A stretch of DNA of 64,000 bases from Pseudobdellovibrionaceae bacterium. Its GTDB lineage: Bacteria > Bdellovibrionota > Bdellovibrionia > Bdellovibrionales > UBA1609. The position numbers were made by a program, and so were the translations under genes. The stretch lies in NCBI GenBank assembly GCA_023898385.1, contig CP060220.1, forward strand, positions 10,370 through 74,369. Reading direction: 5' to 3'. The notes below the pieces were generated by a model. The model was not told where the DNA came from, did no database searches, and saw nothing but the letters and a program-made list of their open reading frames with translations. Shown in pieces: positions 10,042-18,480 of this stretch. Within the stretch, counting starts at the first letter, position 1. The number at the start of each line of letters is the position of its first letter.

Positions 10042-10210
10042 CGAAACAACTCCTTTCGAAAATACGTCAGCGTCTATACCTTCATAATAACGCGAAGTGT
10101 CTTTGCGACAAAGAGTTTATGAGGTCCCCATGAGAAAAAACCAGGCTCTGTCTCATTACGGTTCGAAACTCGCCTCGAGATAAGACAACCTGGCAACACT
10201 TCGGCGACGA

Positions 10211-10246
10211 TTGGGTTCCAGGTCCTAAACCTGATCACACAGCGTC
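10211..10246 (-). repeat. REP-like inverted repeat, left of RAYT
   Basis: ttgggttccaggtcctaaacctgatcacacagcgtc is the reverse complement of 11048-11083 at 34/36 positions; internal cagg/cctg hairpin. Confidence 0.9.
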
Positions 10247-10273
10247 AATGTCCACCCGATGCCATTTTGATTT

Positions 10274-10912
10274 TTAAATTATTTCACCGTCGAATAGCAC
10301 GGAGCTGTTTGTTAGCTTGTCTTTTTTGCTTTTAAAGTACTGCCGTTTTAACGCCCACCGGACGGCTTCATTTTGTTGATCGGAGGGCTTTTGGTTCAGC
10401 CACGACAACGTATCGTCTATGTTGTCAAAAAGTGTGTCGTCGAAGGCTAGTGGGATGAGCAACTTGGAGCGACCAAGCAGACCATGAAGAGTGCTGTAAG
10501 GATAATCTTCAACTCTTTCAGCCATACAAGCCTGAACCGGATTTCTATAGTTATACTTGTAGGCATTGAGGTAGTAGCTGGGATGATCTAAAATCGTCTT
10601 ATAGTGTCGGCCGGCAAATGTCTGATTAATACGATTCCCTGCTTGAGTTAGCCTCAAACTCACATTTTTTAGGAGCCGATACATGCACTGACTGATGTTG
10701 GCATCCGGTGTGGACGCTAGCAGGTGAAAATGGTTATTCATAAGAACAAAACTGTGGATTAGCAAATTATGATTAATCACTGTTAGGTATAACTCTTCAC
10801 TAAAAACATCCCATACCTGTGGCATGGGCAAGTTAAACCACTCGCGATTAATACAGCGGCCACTGATATTGTAAGGATACTTCGACTGGAGAATAGCTCT
10901 TGCTCGGGGCAT
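10274..10912 (-). CDS. REP-associated tyrosine transposase (RAYT, Y1 HUH family)
   Basis: HUH motif NHFHLL, catalytic-Tyr region YNYRNPV, YPYST; flanked by inverted REP-like repeats. Start taken at MPRARAIL. Confidence 0.88.
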   Translation of the reverse strand: MPRARAILQSKYPYNISGRCINREWFNLPMPQVWDVFSEELYLTVINHNLLIHSFVLMNNHFHLLASTPDANISQCMYRLLKNVSLRLTQAGNRINQTFAGRHYKTILDHPSYYLNAYKYNYRNPVQACMAERVEDYPYSTLHGLLGRSKLLIPLAFDDTLFDNIDDTLSWLNQKPSDQQNEAVRWALKRQYFKSKKDKLTNSSVLFDGEII

Positions 10913-11047
10913 GGATGGAACTTGCTGCAAATGCATGCCATTTTTTTCTGTCAGCTGTGTGTGTATCTGGCACTTGTAGTGTCCGAATTACATTCCACAG
11001 GGTCCGGTAACCAGGCCAATCTATTTGGGGTTAAATGGGCGGACTCC

Positions 11048-11083
11048 GACGCTATGTGACCAGGTTTAGGACCTGGAACCCAA
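11048..11083 (+). repeat. REP-like inverted repeat, right of RAYT
   Basis: gacgctatgtgaccaggtttaggacctggaacccaa; partner of 10211-10246. Confidence 0.9.
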
Positions 11084-11103
11084 AAGTTCCCCGTGCTTAC
11101 AAG

Positions 11104-11230
11104 CCCAAAACCTGGCGAGCTAGTTTCATGAAAGTCTGGGCCTCTATGCTTTCGGGATAACTTTCTACCACAGGAATGCCGGCTTCGCCGGTGAGTCCAA
11201 TGTTGGGGTTAAATGGAATTTGCGCCAACT
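11104..11230 (-). pseudogene. Duplicated 3' fragment of mrp/apbC (direct repeat of 12973-13099)
   Basis: 127 bp with 5 mismatches. Encodes LAQIPFNPNIGLTGEAGIPVVESYPESIEAQTFMKLARQVLG, then L-stop just beyond the repeat. Confidence 0.92.
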
Positions 11231-11696
11231 ACCAAAAAAACGTGAGTTTCAAAGCATTAGCTGAATCCCCAACTGGATGTAAAAAAGGTACGCCATAAAA
11301 TGAGAATGACGGTAGGGTCGTCTCAAACAGGGGGATGGACGCATTGCACCCCTCTCCGCGGAGGTGAAAGTAAACATAACTCTTTTTGCCCGCTTCAGGA
11401 TCGTAGAGAATTCCACCATAGTCGTCCACTGCACAGTCGTATAAATAGGGTTCGTCAACATAGCCACGATACGACCGAGAAAGGTGAAATCCAGTTTGGT
11501 GCCATTCGGAATCATAATTAACCCATTCTAGCTCGAACCGTATGTAGAGAGAATTATTTGCTTCGGAGTACGTAATTTCTCGTGTAAATCTACCTTCCGC
11601 ATCTTTTGCTATGTTAAGTTGAGCTTCTACATAATCAACGTTGGCCAATACTGGTTTGGACAAGAGTAGTATGGCATATATTACGATATTCTTCAT
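11229..11696 (-). CDS. Secreted hypothetical protein
   Basis: 155 aa, signal peptide, purine-rich RBS; the stop codon abuts the duplicated mrp fragment. Confidence 0.7.
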   Translation of the reverse strand: MKNIVIYAILLLSKPVLANVDYVEAQLNIAKDAEGRFTREITYSEANNSLYIRFELEWVNYDSEWHQTGFHLSRSYRGYVDEPYLYDCAVDDYGGILYDPEAGKKSYVYFHLRGEGCNASIPLFETTLPSFSFYGVPFLHPVGDSANALKLTFFW

Positions 11697-11945
11697 AACT
11701 TGTTACCCCCCTTTAAATTTCCAATCTACTAGTGGAATGTCTTTAGAGTCAAATTTTGCTATTTAGAGCCAATGGGACCGGCCTCCAAATCCAGTGAACT
11801 AAGACCAGACGCATCCAGACCTTGGTCTCGGTCACAGATCATCACATCGACATTCACGTTCATCGCACAAAACAGTGGCTGCGACATCAAAAGCGCTTTG
11901 AACGGTGAATTGAGATAATCATAATGGGATCCGGCCTGCAATGTT

Positions 11946-12449
11946 TTACCGAGTTAACAGGTGTTTTGGGATTTTTCTGTAAATGTTGTTTAAGTGAGTT
12001 TTTACAGTAGATGGCGCGATATTCAGGTGTTCGCCAATTTCCCGGTTCGAAAAGCCTTTGAGGATCATCGCTGAGATTTCGAACTCTCTCGGTGTGATCA
12101 AAAAGCTTTTAAGGGCTTCAAGGCGGGCCTCTAAGATCTCATCTTGAGGAGTCAACACAATTACATATTGATCGTCACGATTGATCATCAGGACGTCACA
12201 CCATTGACCATGCATTTGAATATTGCGGCCATAATTGTTGCTACAGGAGCCGGAAAATTTTGAAAGGCAATCTTCATTGCAAGAGACTCCAAGCTGATCA
12301 TTACAAATTGCAACACAGGCCGGGTTTTGGAATTTCACTGGACCACCGGGGGCTTTCATGCACAGACCAATGGATGTTGATTTATCTAAGGAACATTCTG
12401 TTTCTTGGAAATTTCCACCCCGGGGGTCGATGTTATTTTCGACAGACAT
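11946..12449 (-). CDS. LuxR/GerE-type HTH regulator with Cys-rich N-terminal domain
   Basis: C-terminal ITPREFEISAMILKGFSNREIGEHLNIAPSTVKTHLNNIYRK. Confidence 0.85.
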   Translation of the reverse strand: MSVENNIDPRGGNFQETECSLDKSTSIGLCMKAPGGPVKFQNPACVAICNDQLGVSCNEDCLSKFSGSCSNNYGRNIQMHGQWCDVLMINRDDQYVIVLTPQDEILEARLEALKSFLITPREFEISAMILKGFSNREIGEHLNIAPSTVKTHLNNIYRKIPKHLLTR

Positions 12450-12495
12450 GTGGCATAGGTATCTGAATCAAACAGATAAAACAAGGGAGGATGCC

Positions 12496-12954
12496 ATGGG
12501 GTCATTCATCAAAACCGCAAAACTGTTTTCTTTCTGGCTGCCGTTGATTGTAACAAGTGCAAATGCTGCTGAATGCTTTAACCTAATGGAGTTAGGTCGT
12601 CAGACGCCGTCCTATGAACTTTGTGTAAAAGCGACGGGATCAATGAATCCAGGAGGGTGGAAGCCAGCCAATGTTGTTTTGAAGTTGCAAAGCAATAACT
12701 CCATCTTATCTGAATCCAAAGCTGCACTTATCTTCTCGCAGGCGACTGGAGAGAACCTCTCTTTTAATAAAATAGTGCTTACGGAGGAACCCGTAGGTAA
12801 CGACACCTTGATCAAAAAAGTAAATCGTTTTGTTATTCAAGAGATGAACCCTATAGAATTTAAGGTTTCATTTGGCGATCAGCAAAATACAGACGGCCTT
12901 GTGAGTATGGGCGAACAGCTCTATGTCTACAAAAGGGTGGGCGCTGAAAACTAG
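12496..12954 (+). CDS. Secreted hypothetical protein
   Basis: AAGGGAGG RBS before ATG 12496; signal peptide ending ANA-A; divergent from the LuxR gene. Confidence 0.7.
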   Translation: MGSFIKTAKLFSFWLPLIVTSANAAECFNLMELGRQTPSYELCVKATGSMNPGGWKPANVVLKLQSNNSILSESKAALIFSQATGENLSFNKIVLTEEPVGNDTLIKKVNRFVIQEMNPIEFKVSFGDQQNTDGLVSMGEQLYVYKRVGAEN

Positions 12955-12958
12955 CCGA

Positions 12959-12977
12959 TTTAGGACCTGGAACCCAA
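12959..12977 (+). repeat. Third (partial) REP copy, forming the last codons of mrp
   Basis: tttaggacctggaacccaa is identical to 11065-11083. Confidence 0.85.
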
Positions 12978-13745
12978 TACCTGGCGAGCTAGTTTCATGA
13001 AAGCCTGGGCCTCTATGCTTTCGGGGTAACTTTCTACCACGGGCATGCCGGCTTCGCCGGTGAGTCCAATGTTGGGGTTAAATGGAATTTGCGCCAACTT
13101 CTCAATGCCTTTGCTATCAAGGTATTGATCGAGTTCACCTTTTGGAAACAAGGCTATGGGGTCGCCACCGCCGGGGGGTTGAAAATAGGCCATGTTCTCT
13201 ACCACGCCGAGATTTTTTACATTTGTTTTTTCAAACATATCGATGGATTTTTTAGCATCGATGAGTGCGATATTTTGCGGTGTGCAGACGGTGACAGCTC
13301 CATCCACCGGAACTTTTTGGGCCACAGTGAGAGCGATGTCGCCGGTGCCTGGAGGCAAATCAATGATGAGAATGTCCAAATCCCCCCAGTCCACATCGCG
13401 AAAAAACTGGTCCATGGCTTTAAACAGCATGGGTCCCCGCCAAATCACAGCGGAGTCTTCATCTACCAGAAAGCCCATGCTCATCAGCTTCACTCCATGC
13501 CTTACCAAAGGCTGGATTTTTTGATTCTCATCCACCACGGGACGTTGATGAAGGGCCCCAAATAGCCGCGGCATGCTAGGACCATAAAGATCAGCATCCA
13601 GCAGCCCCACCTTTTGTCCTAATTTTTTTAATCCCAGGGCCAAATTGGCGGCCACAGTGCTTTTGCCCACGCCACCCTTGCCTGAGCCAACGGCAATAAT
13701 GCGCTTGATACCAGCAATGGGAGTTTGTTGATCAAATGGGTTCAT
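12960..13745 (-). CDS. mrp: Mrp/ApbC (NBP35 family) Fe-S carrier ATPase
   Basis: GSGKGGVGKST, DADLYGPS, WRGPM, DLPPGTGD, GVVENM. Confidence 0.92.
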   Translation of the reverse strand: MNPFDQQTPIAGIKRIIAVGSGKGGVGKSTVAANLALGLKKLGQKVGLLDADLYGPSMPRLFGALHQRPVVDENQKIQPLVRHGVKLMSMGFLVDEDSAVIWRGPMLFKAMDQFFRDVDWGDLDILIIDLPPGTGDIALTVAQKVPVDGAVTVCTPQNIALIDAKKSIDMFEKTNVKNLGVVENMAYFQPPGGGDPIALFPKGELDQYLDSKGIEKLAQIPFNPNIGLTGEAGMPVVESYPESIEAQAFMKLARQVLGSRS

Positions 13746-13802
13746 GGCATCTCCTTTAATGGCAAGAGTTGAAAATCAACGCCGCGTCACTATAATTATT
13801 AA

Positions 13803-14198
13803 ATGGACCCTAATGTAAAGAATTTTCTGATCGTAAACGGCATCGTGGTGTTGGCGCTGGTGTTCTATTTTCTAAAGCGGCGCAATAACCAACCTACCGT
13901 TTTGAAGATGAAAAAATCTGCAGGTTCGAAAGTGGCTGCGGTGTCCCAATCAGTTCCGGAGCCCCAGGAGGCGATTTTGAATGGGGAGAGGCCCAAGGGT
14001 CGTGATCTCAATGTGATCTTTGTTTTTAATGGCCATCCCTTTGATGCCTATGAGGCCTTGGGTTTGCCGGCGGGTAGTCCCATGCCCGCAGTGAAGCGGG
14101 CCTACGAAGACTCTGTAAAAAAAGTGAATGCGGATTCAAGGGAGTTTATTGATAAAGCCTACGAGTCCATTTGCCGAAAAACGGGCTCCGGTCATTAG
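13803..14198 (+). CDS. Membrane-anchored protein with degenerate C-terminal J-domain-like region
   Basis: N-terminal TM; PFDAYEALGLPAGSPMPAVKRAY resembles J-domain helices I-II; no HPD. Confidence 0.6.
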   Translation: MDPNVKNFLIVNGIVVLALVFYFLKRRNNQPTVLKMKKSAGSKVAAVSQSVPEPQEAILNGERPKGRDLNVIFVFNGHPFDAYEALGLPAGSPMPAVKRAYEDSVKKVNADSREFIDKAYESICRKTGSGH

Positions 14199-14388
14199 AA
14201 TCCCCTTTTGGGGTGTGGTTTTCGCCCCGCCCTCATCCATAAAATTTTAAAGATTTTCATAGCGTTAGCCGCCCGAGATGGGTGCGATTTGGTTGACTGA
14301 AATCGACCGCAAATGGTACCCGAAAAGCTTAAAAGGTTTGATGGCCAAACCAAGTAGAACTTGCCCGCTTTTTATTGAGGAGCCCAAC

Positions 14389-15726
14389 ATGCAGGTTAAT
14401 CGTCTTAAGGACCTCCAAACGCTCGTGTCGCTGGCAAAGCGACGGGGTATTATTTTTCAAAGTAGCGAAATTTACGGAGGGTTAAATTCCTGCTGGGATT
14501 ATGGCCCTTTAGGATCCCAATTTAAGTATAACGTGAAACAAGCGTGGTGGAAGGCGATGACTCGCCGGCGGGATATTGTAGGCCTTGATGCTGCTATATT
14601 GATGCATCCAAAGGTTTGGCATGCCTCGGGCCATGTGGAAGGCTTTACCGATCCGCTTGTGGACTGTCGCAACTGCAAAGCCCGCTTTCGTTTAGATACG
14701 GCACCGAAAAAAGACGGGCAAGTGGTGTGCCCCGAGTGTGGTTCTTCAAATATCACAGAAGCCCGTAATTTTAATCTCATGTTTAAAACATTTATGGGGC
14801 CGGTGGAAGAAGACGCGGCGGTGGTTTTTTTGCGTCCCGAAACGGCGCAGGGAATTTATGTTAACTTTGAAAATGTGGCCACCAGTGCGAGAAAGAAGAT
14901 TCCATTTGGGATTGCCCAAATAGGAAAGTCATTCAGAAATGAAATCACTCCGGGCAACTTCATTTTCAGAACTCGTGAATTTGAGCAAATGGAAATGCAG
15001 TATTTTGTAAAGCCAGGCGAAGATGAGCAATGGTTTGAAACTTGGAAAGAGACCCGTTGGAACTTCTATTTGCATCTCGGTCTTGATGAGCGAAAATTGC
15101 GATTTCATCAGCACGGCGAAGGTGAGTTAGCTCACTATGCGAAAGCGGCATTTGACGTTCACTACGAATTCCCCTTTGGTTGGCAGGAACTCGAAGGCAT
15201 TCACAATCGCAGTGATTTTGATTTGTCTCAGCATCAGAAATTTAGTGGTAAAAAACTAGAATATTTCGACGACACGACAAAAGAAAAGTATCTGCCCTAT
15301 GTGATTGAAACGGCCGTGGGTTGTGACCGTCTTTGTTTGGCACTTCTTTGTGATGCTTATCGAGAAGAGGTCACAACAGATGCCAATGGTAAAGAAGACA
15401 CAAGGGTGGTGTTGGGTTTAAAACCATCGGTGGCCCCAGTGAAAGCCGCCGTCTTACCGCTTTCTAAGAAATCGCCCTTAACTGAGATTTCACAAAAAAT
15501 ATTCGACGACCTAAGCCTCGATTGGGAAATTGACTATGACGATGCTGGCAGTATCGGAAAACGGTATCGACGACAAGACGAGATAGGCACGCCTCTTTGT
15601 ATCACCGTTGATTTCGATACGTCTGAAGATCAAAAAGTCACTGTACGCCACAGAGACAGCATGGAACAGGACCGCGTGGAGTTGGCGCAACTGAAAACCT
15701 ATGTGGCCAATAAACTTGCAGAATGA
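14389..15726 (+). CDS. glyQS: Glycine--tRNA ligase (alpha2 type)
   Basis: [60 protein letters not shown]; RBS GAGGAG before ATG 14389. Confidence 0.95.
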   Translation: MQVNRLKDLQTLVSLAKRRGIIFQSSEIYGGLNSCWDYGPLGSQFKYNVKQAWWKAMTRRRDIVGLDAAILMHPKVWHASGHVEGFTDPLVDCRNCKARFRLDTAPKKDGQVVCPECGSSNITEARNFNLMFKTFMGPVEEDAAVVFLRPETAQGIYVNFENVATSARKKIPFGIAQIGKSFRNEITPGNFIFRTREFEQMEMQYFVKPGEDEQWFETWKETRWNFYLHLGLDERKLRFHQHGEGELAHYAKAAFDVHYEFPFGWQELEGIHNRSDFDLSQHQKFSGKKLEYFDDTTKEKYLPYVIETAVGCDRLCLALLCDAYREEVTTDANGKEDTRVVLGLKPSVAPVKAAVLPLSKKSPLTEISQKIFDDLSLDWEIDYDDAGSIGKRYRRQDEIGTPLCITVDFDTSEDQKVTVRHRDSMEQDRVELAQLKTYVANKLAE

Positions 15727-15765
15727 TTTTATCGTTTTAATTTTGATTAACCCTGAGGAGGGGGA

Positions 15766-18480
15766 ATGAGCTTGTCAACAGAACCACAAAGCAGCCAGTC
15801 AAAGAAGAAAGTTCCCCAACAATCGGTCTACTTTTTCTCTAAAGGAGAGACCGACGGCCACACGGGAATGCGCGATACCCTTGGCGGCAAGGGGGCCAAT
15901 TTAGCGGAAATGACAAGCCTGGGTTTGCCGGTGCCTCCAGGGTTCACCATTTCCACAGATGTTTGCCAGGCCTTTTATGATAATGACGAGCACCTGCCCG
16001 ATGAAGTTGTGGCGGCGGTGGAAAAGGCCTTGTCCCGAGTAGAAGGCGTGATGGGCAAACAGTTTGGTTCAGCTGAAAACCCATTGCTGGTGAGTGTTCG
16101 CTCTGGTGCGCGGGTGAGCATGCCCGGGATGATGGACACCATTTTAAATCTGGGTCTTAATGATAAAACCGTGCAAGGCTTAGCTCAGGTTTCGGGCAAC
16201 GAACGTTTTGCTTGGGACTCCTATCGAAGATTTCTGCAAATGTATTCTGATGTGGTTATGGGCATGAATGGTTCGCTCTTAGAAGTGACCCTAGAAGATC
16301 TAAAATTTGATAAGGGATACAAGTCAGACACAGAGCTGACTGTCGATGATTTAAAAAAATTAGTGGATCAATTTCGCAGACAAATTCTACAGGATACGGG
16401 TAAAGCCTTTCCTGAAAAACCCAAAGATCAATTGTGGGGAGCCATTAAAGCCGTATTTAAAAGTTGGAACACGGCTCGAGCGGTAACATACAGAGAGCTG
16501 CACGGTTACCCTCACAATTGGGGAACGGCCGTGAATGTTCAGAGTATGGTCTTTGGAAATATGGGCGACGACTCGGCAACGGGTGTGGCGTTTACAAGAG
16601 ACCCATCTACTGGCGAAAAAAAATTCTACGGAGAATTTTTGATCAATGCGCAGGGTGAAGATGTGGTGGCAGGAATTCGAACGCCCCAACCAATTACAAA
16701 ATTAGATGGTGAAGCCTCAGGGCAAGTTTCATTAGAGCAAGCGATGCCTGAAAGTTACAGCCAGCTTGTGGATGTGTACAAAAAACTAGAAACCCATTAT
16801 CGAGACATGCAAGACATTGAGTTCACCATAGAACAGGGTCGGCTGTGGATGTTGCAGACACGCACGGGTAAACGAACAGCTCGTGCGGCCCTCAAGATTG
16901 CCTGTGACATGATTGATGAAAAGCTCATCAACGAAGAAGAAGCACTGCTGCGAATAAATCCGAACAGTCTTGATCAGCTGCTCCATCCCACGCTCGATCC
17001 GAACGCCGAAAAAACGCTGTTAGGTAAAGGTCTGCCGGCAAGTCCGGGTGGAGCCACAGGAGAAGTGGTTTTTTCATCAGAGGCTGCTGTTGAGGCTGTG
17101 AACAAGGGTAAGAAAGTGATACTTGTTCGCGTTGAAACTTCGCCTGAAGATATTGAGGGTATGGTCAAAGCTCAAGGCGTGCTTACTAGTCGCGGAGGAA
17201 TGACTTCTCACGCCGCTGTGGTGGCCAGAGGTATGGGCAAGTGTTGTGTGGCTGGCTGTGAGGAAGCCGATGTGGATTATCAAAAAGCCGAGCTGCGCAT
17301 GCGTGGCTATGTGATCAAGCCCGGAGATATCATCACTCTGGACGGCTCTACCGGAGAAGTGCTGCTCGGAGAAGTGAAGACGGTCGAGCCAAGACTTGAT
17401 GAATACTTTGAGCGAGTGATGAAGCTTGCAGACAAGTATCGAAATTTGGGTATTCGCACCAACGCGGACACGGCCAAAGACGCCACGGTGGCTCGAGAGT
17501 TTGGGGCCGAGGGCATTGGCTTGTGCCGTACTGAGCATATGTTTTTTGCTCCAGAGCGCATCGATGTGGTTCGGCAAATGATTTTGGCTGAAAACAAAGA
17601 GCAACGGATATCGGCACTGGAAAAGCTGCTTCCCATGCAACGTGAAGACTTTGTGGCTTTGTTTAAAGCCATGTCGGGATTGCCAGTGACCATTCGACTT
17701 TTAGATCCGCCGTTACATGAATTTTTACCCCAAGACGAAAAAGACCTTTTGGATTTAGCCAATCGGTTGGGCATAGATCCTTCATCGCTTCGAACAAAAG
17801 TTCGAGCCTTACATGAATTTAATCCCATGTTAGGGCATCGGGGCTGTCGATTGGCGATCACTTATCCCGAAATCTATGAAATGCAAGCCCGTGCGATTGC
17901 TGAGGCCGCCGCCGAAATGGTGAACTCGGGTCAGAGTTTGACTCCTGAAATCATGATTCCGCTTGTGGGAATGGCCGGCGAGCTAGAGCAGCTTCGACAA
18001 CGGGTGGAGCGCACAGTGAGCATGGTAAAAAATGAACGCAACGTGCAATTTGATTATTTAGTGGGCACCATGATTGAGCTCCCGCGAGCGGCCGTGACAG
18101 CAGACAAAATTGCTGCATTTGCTGATTTTTTTAGTTTTGGAACAAACGACCTAACGCAGACCACGCTTGGGATTTCCCGTGATGACGCGGGGCGATTTTT
18201 GGGCAGCTATGTGAATGAAGGGCTGCTGCCGGCCGATCCATTTGCCAGTTTAGATCAAGAGGGCGTTGGATATTTAGTGCAAAAAGGTGTTGAATTAGGA
18301 CGTAAAACAAAGCCTGATATTAAGTTAGGAATTTGTGGAGAGCACGGTGGAGATCCAGCGAGCATTGAATTTTTCAATGGAGTGGGTCTCGACTATGTGA
18401 GTTGTTCGCCCTATCGAGTGCCTATAGCTCGTTTGGCGGCAGCTCGTGCGGCGATAATTCAACGAAAGGTCGAACATTGA
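15766..18480 (+). CDS. ppdK: Pyruvate, phosphate dikinase
   Basis: LGGKGANLAEM, VRSGARVSMPGMMDT, GGMTSHAAVVARG, GLCRTEHMF, GICGEHGG. Confidence 0.97.
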   Translation: MSLSTEPQSSQSKKKVPQQSVYFFSKGETDGHTGMRDTLGGKGANLAEMTSLGLPVPPGFTISTDVCQAFYDNDEHLPDEVVAAVEKALSRVEGVMGKQFGSAENPLLVSVRSGARVSMPGMMDTILNLGLNDKTVQGLAQVSGNERFAWDSYRRFLQMYSDVVMGMNGSLLEVTLEDLKFDKGYKSDTELTVDDLKKLVDQFRRQILQDTGKAFPEKPKDQLWGAIKAVFKSWNTARAVTYRELHGYPHNWGTAVNVQSMVFGNMGDDSATGVAFTRDPSTGEKKFYGEFLINAQGEDVVAGIRTPQPITKLDGEASGQVSLEQAMPESYSQLVDVYKKLETHYRDMQDIEFTIEQGRLWMLQTRTGKRTARAALKIACDMIDEKLINEEEALLRINPNSLDQLLHPTLDPNAEKTLLGKGLPASPGGATGEVVFSSEAAVEAVNKGKKVILVRVETSPEDIEGMVKAQGVLTSRGGMTSHAAVVARGMGKCCVAGCEEADVDYQKAELRMRGYVIKPGDIITLDGSTGEVLLGEVKTVEPRLDEYFERVMKLADKYRNLGIRTNADTAKDATVAREFGAEGIGLCRTEHMFFAPERIDVVRQMILAENKEQRISALEKLLPMQREDFVALFKAMSGLPVTIRLLDPPLHEFLPQDEKDLLDLANRLGIDPSSLRTKVRALHEFNPMLGHRGCRLAITYPEIYEMQARAIAEAAAEMVNSGQSLTPEIMIPLVGMAGELEQLRQRVERTVSMVKNERNVQFDYLVGTMIELPRAAVTADKIAAFADFFSFGTNDLTQTTLGISRDDAGRFLGSYVNEGLLPADPFASLDQEGVGYLVQKGVELGRKTKPDIKLGICGEHGGDPASIEFFNGVGLDYVSCSPYRVPIARLAAARAAIIQRKVEH

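Larger units (their letters stand above)
9713..10135 (-). ncRNA. Putative stand-alone riboswitch-containing RNA (merRNA-like); 5' end approximate
   Basis: ~400-nt gene-free interval with the aptamer near its 3' end, several small hairpins (cttctc-atataa-gagaag, tcgaaa/tttcga, tctttg-cga-caaaga) and a minus-strand terminator. Confidence 0.55.

Noticed and set aside
9873-10133. 86-aa plus-strand ORF
   Set aside because: Antisense to the riboswitch RNA, with no RBS or recognisable motif.
10155-10180. ggttcgaaac resembling a tRNA T-loop
   Set aside because: Flanks do not form a T-stem and no cloverleaf can be built.
11759-11941. 60-aa minus-strand ORF between island genes
   Set aside because: No RBS or motif; probably chance.
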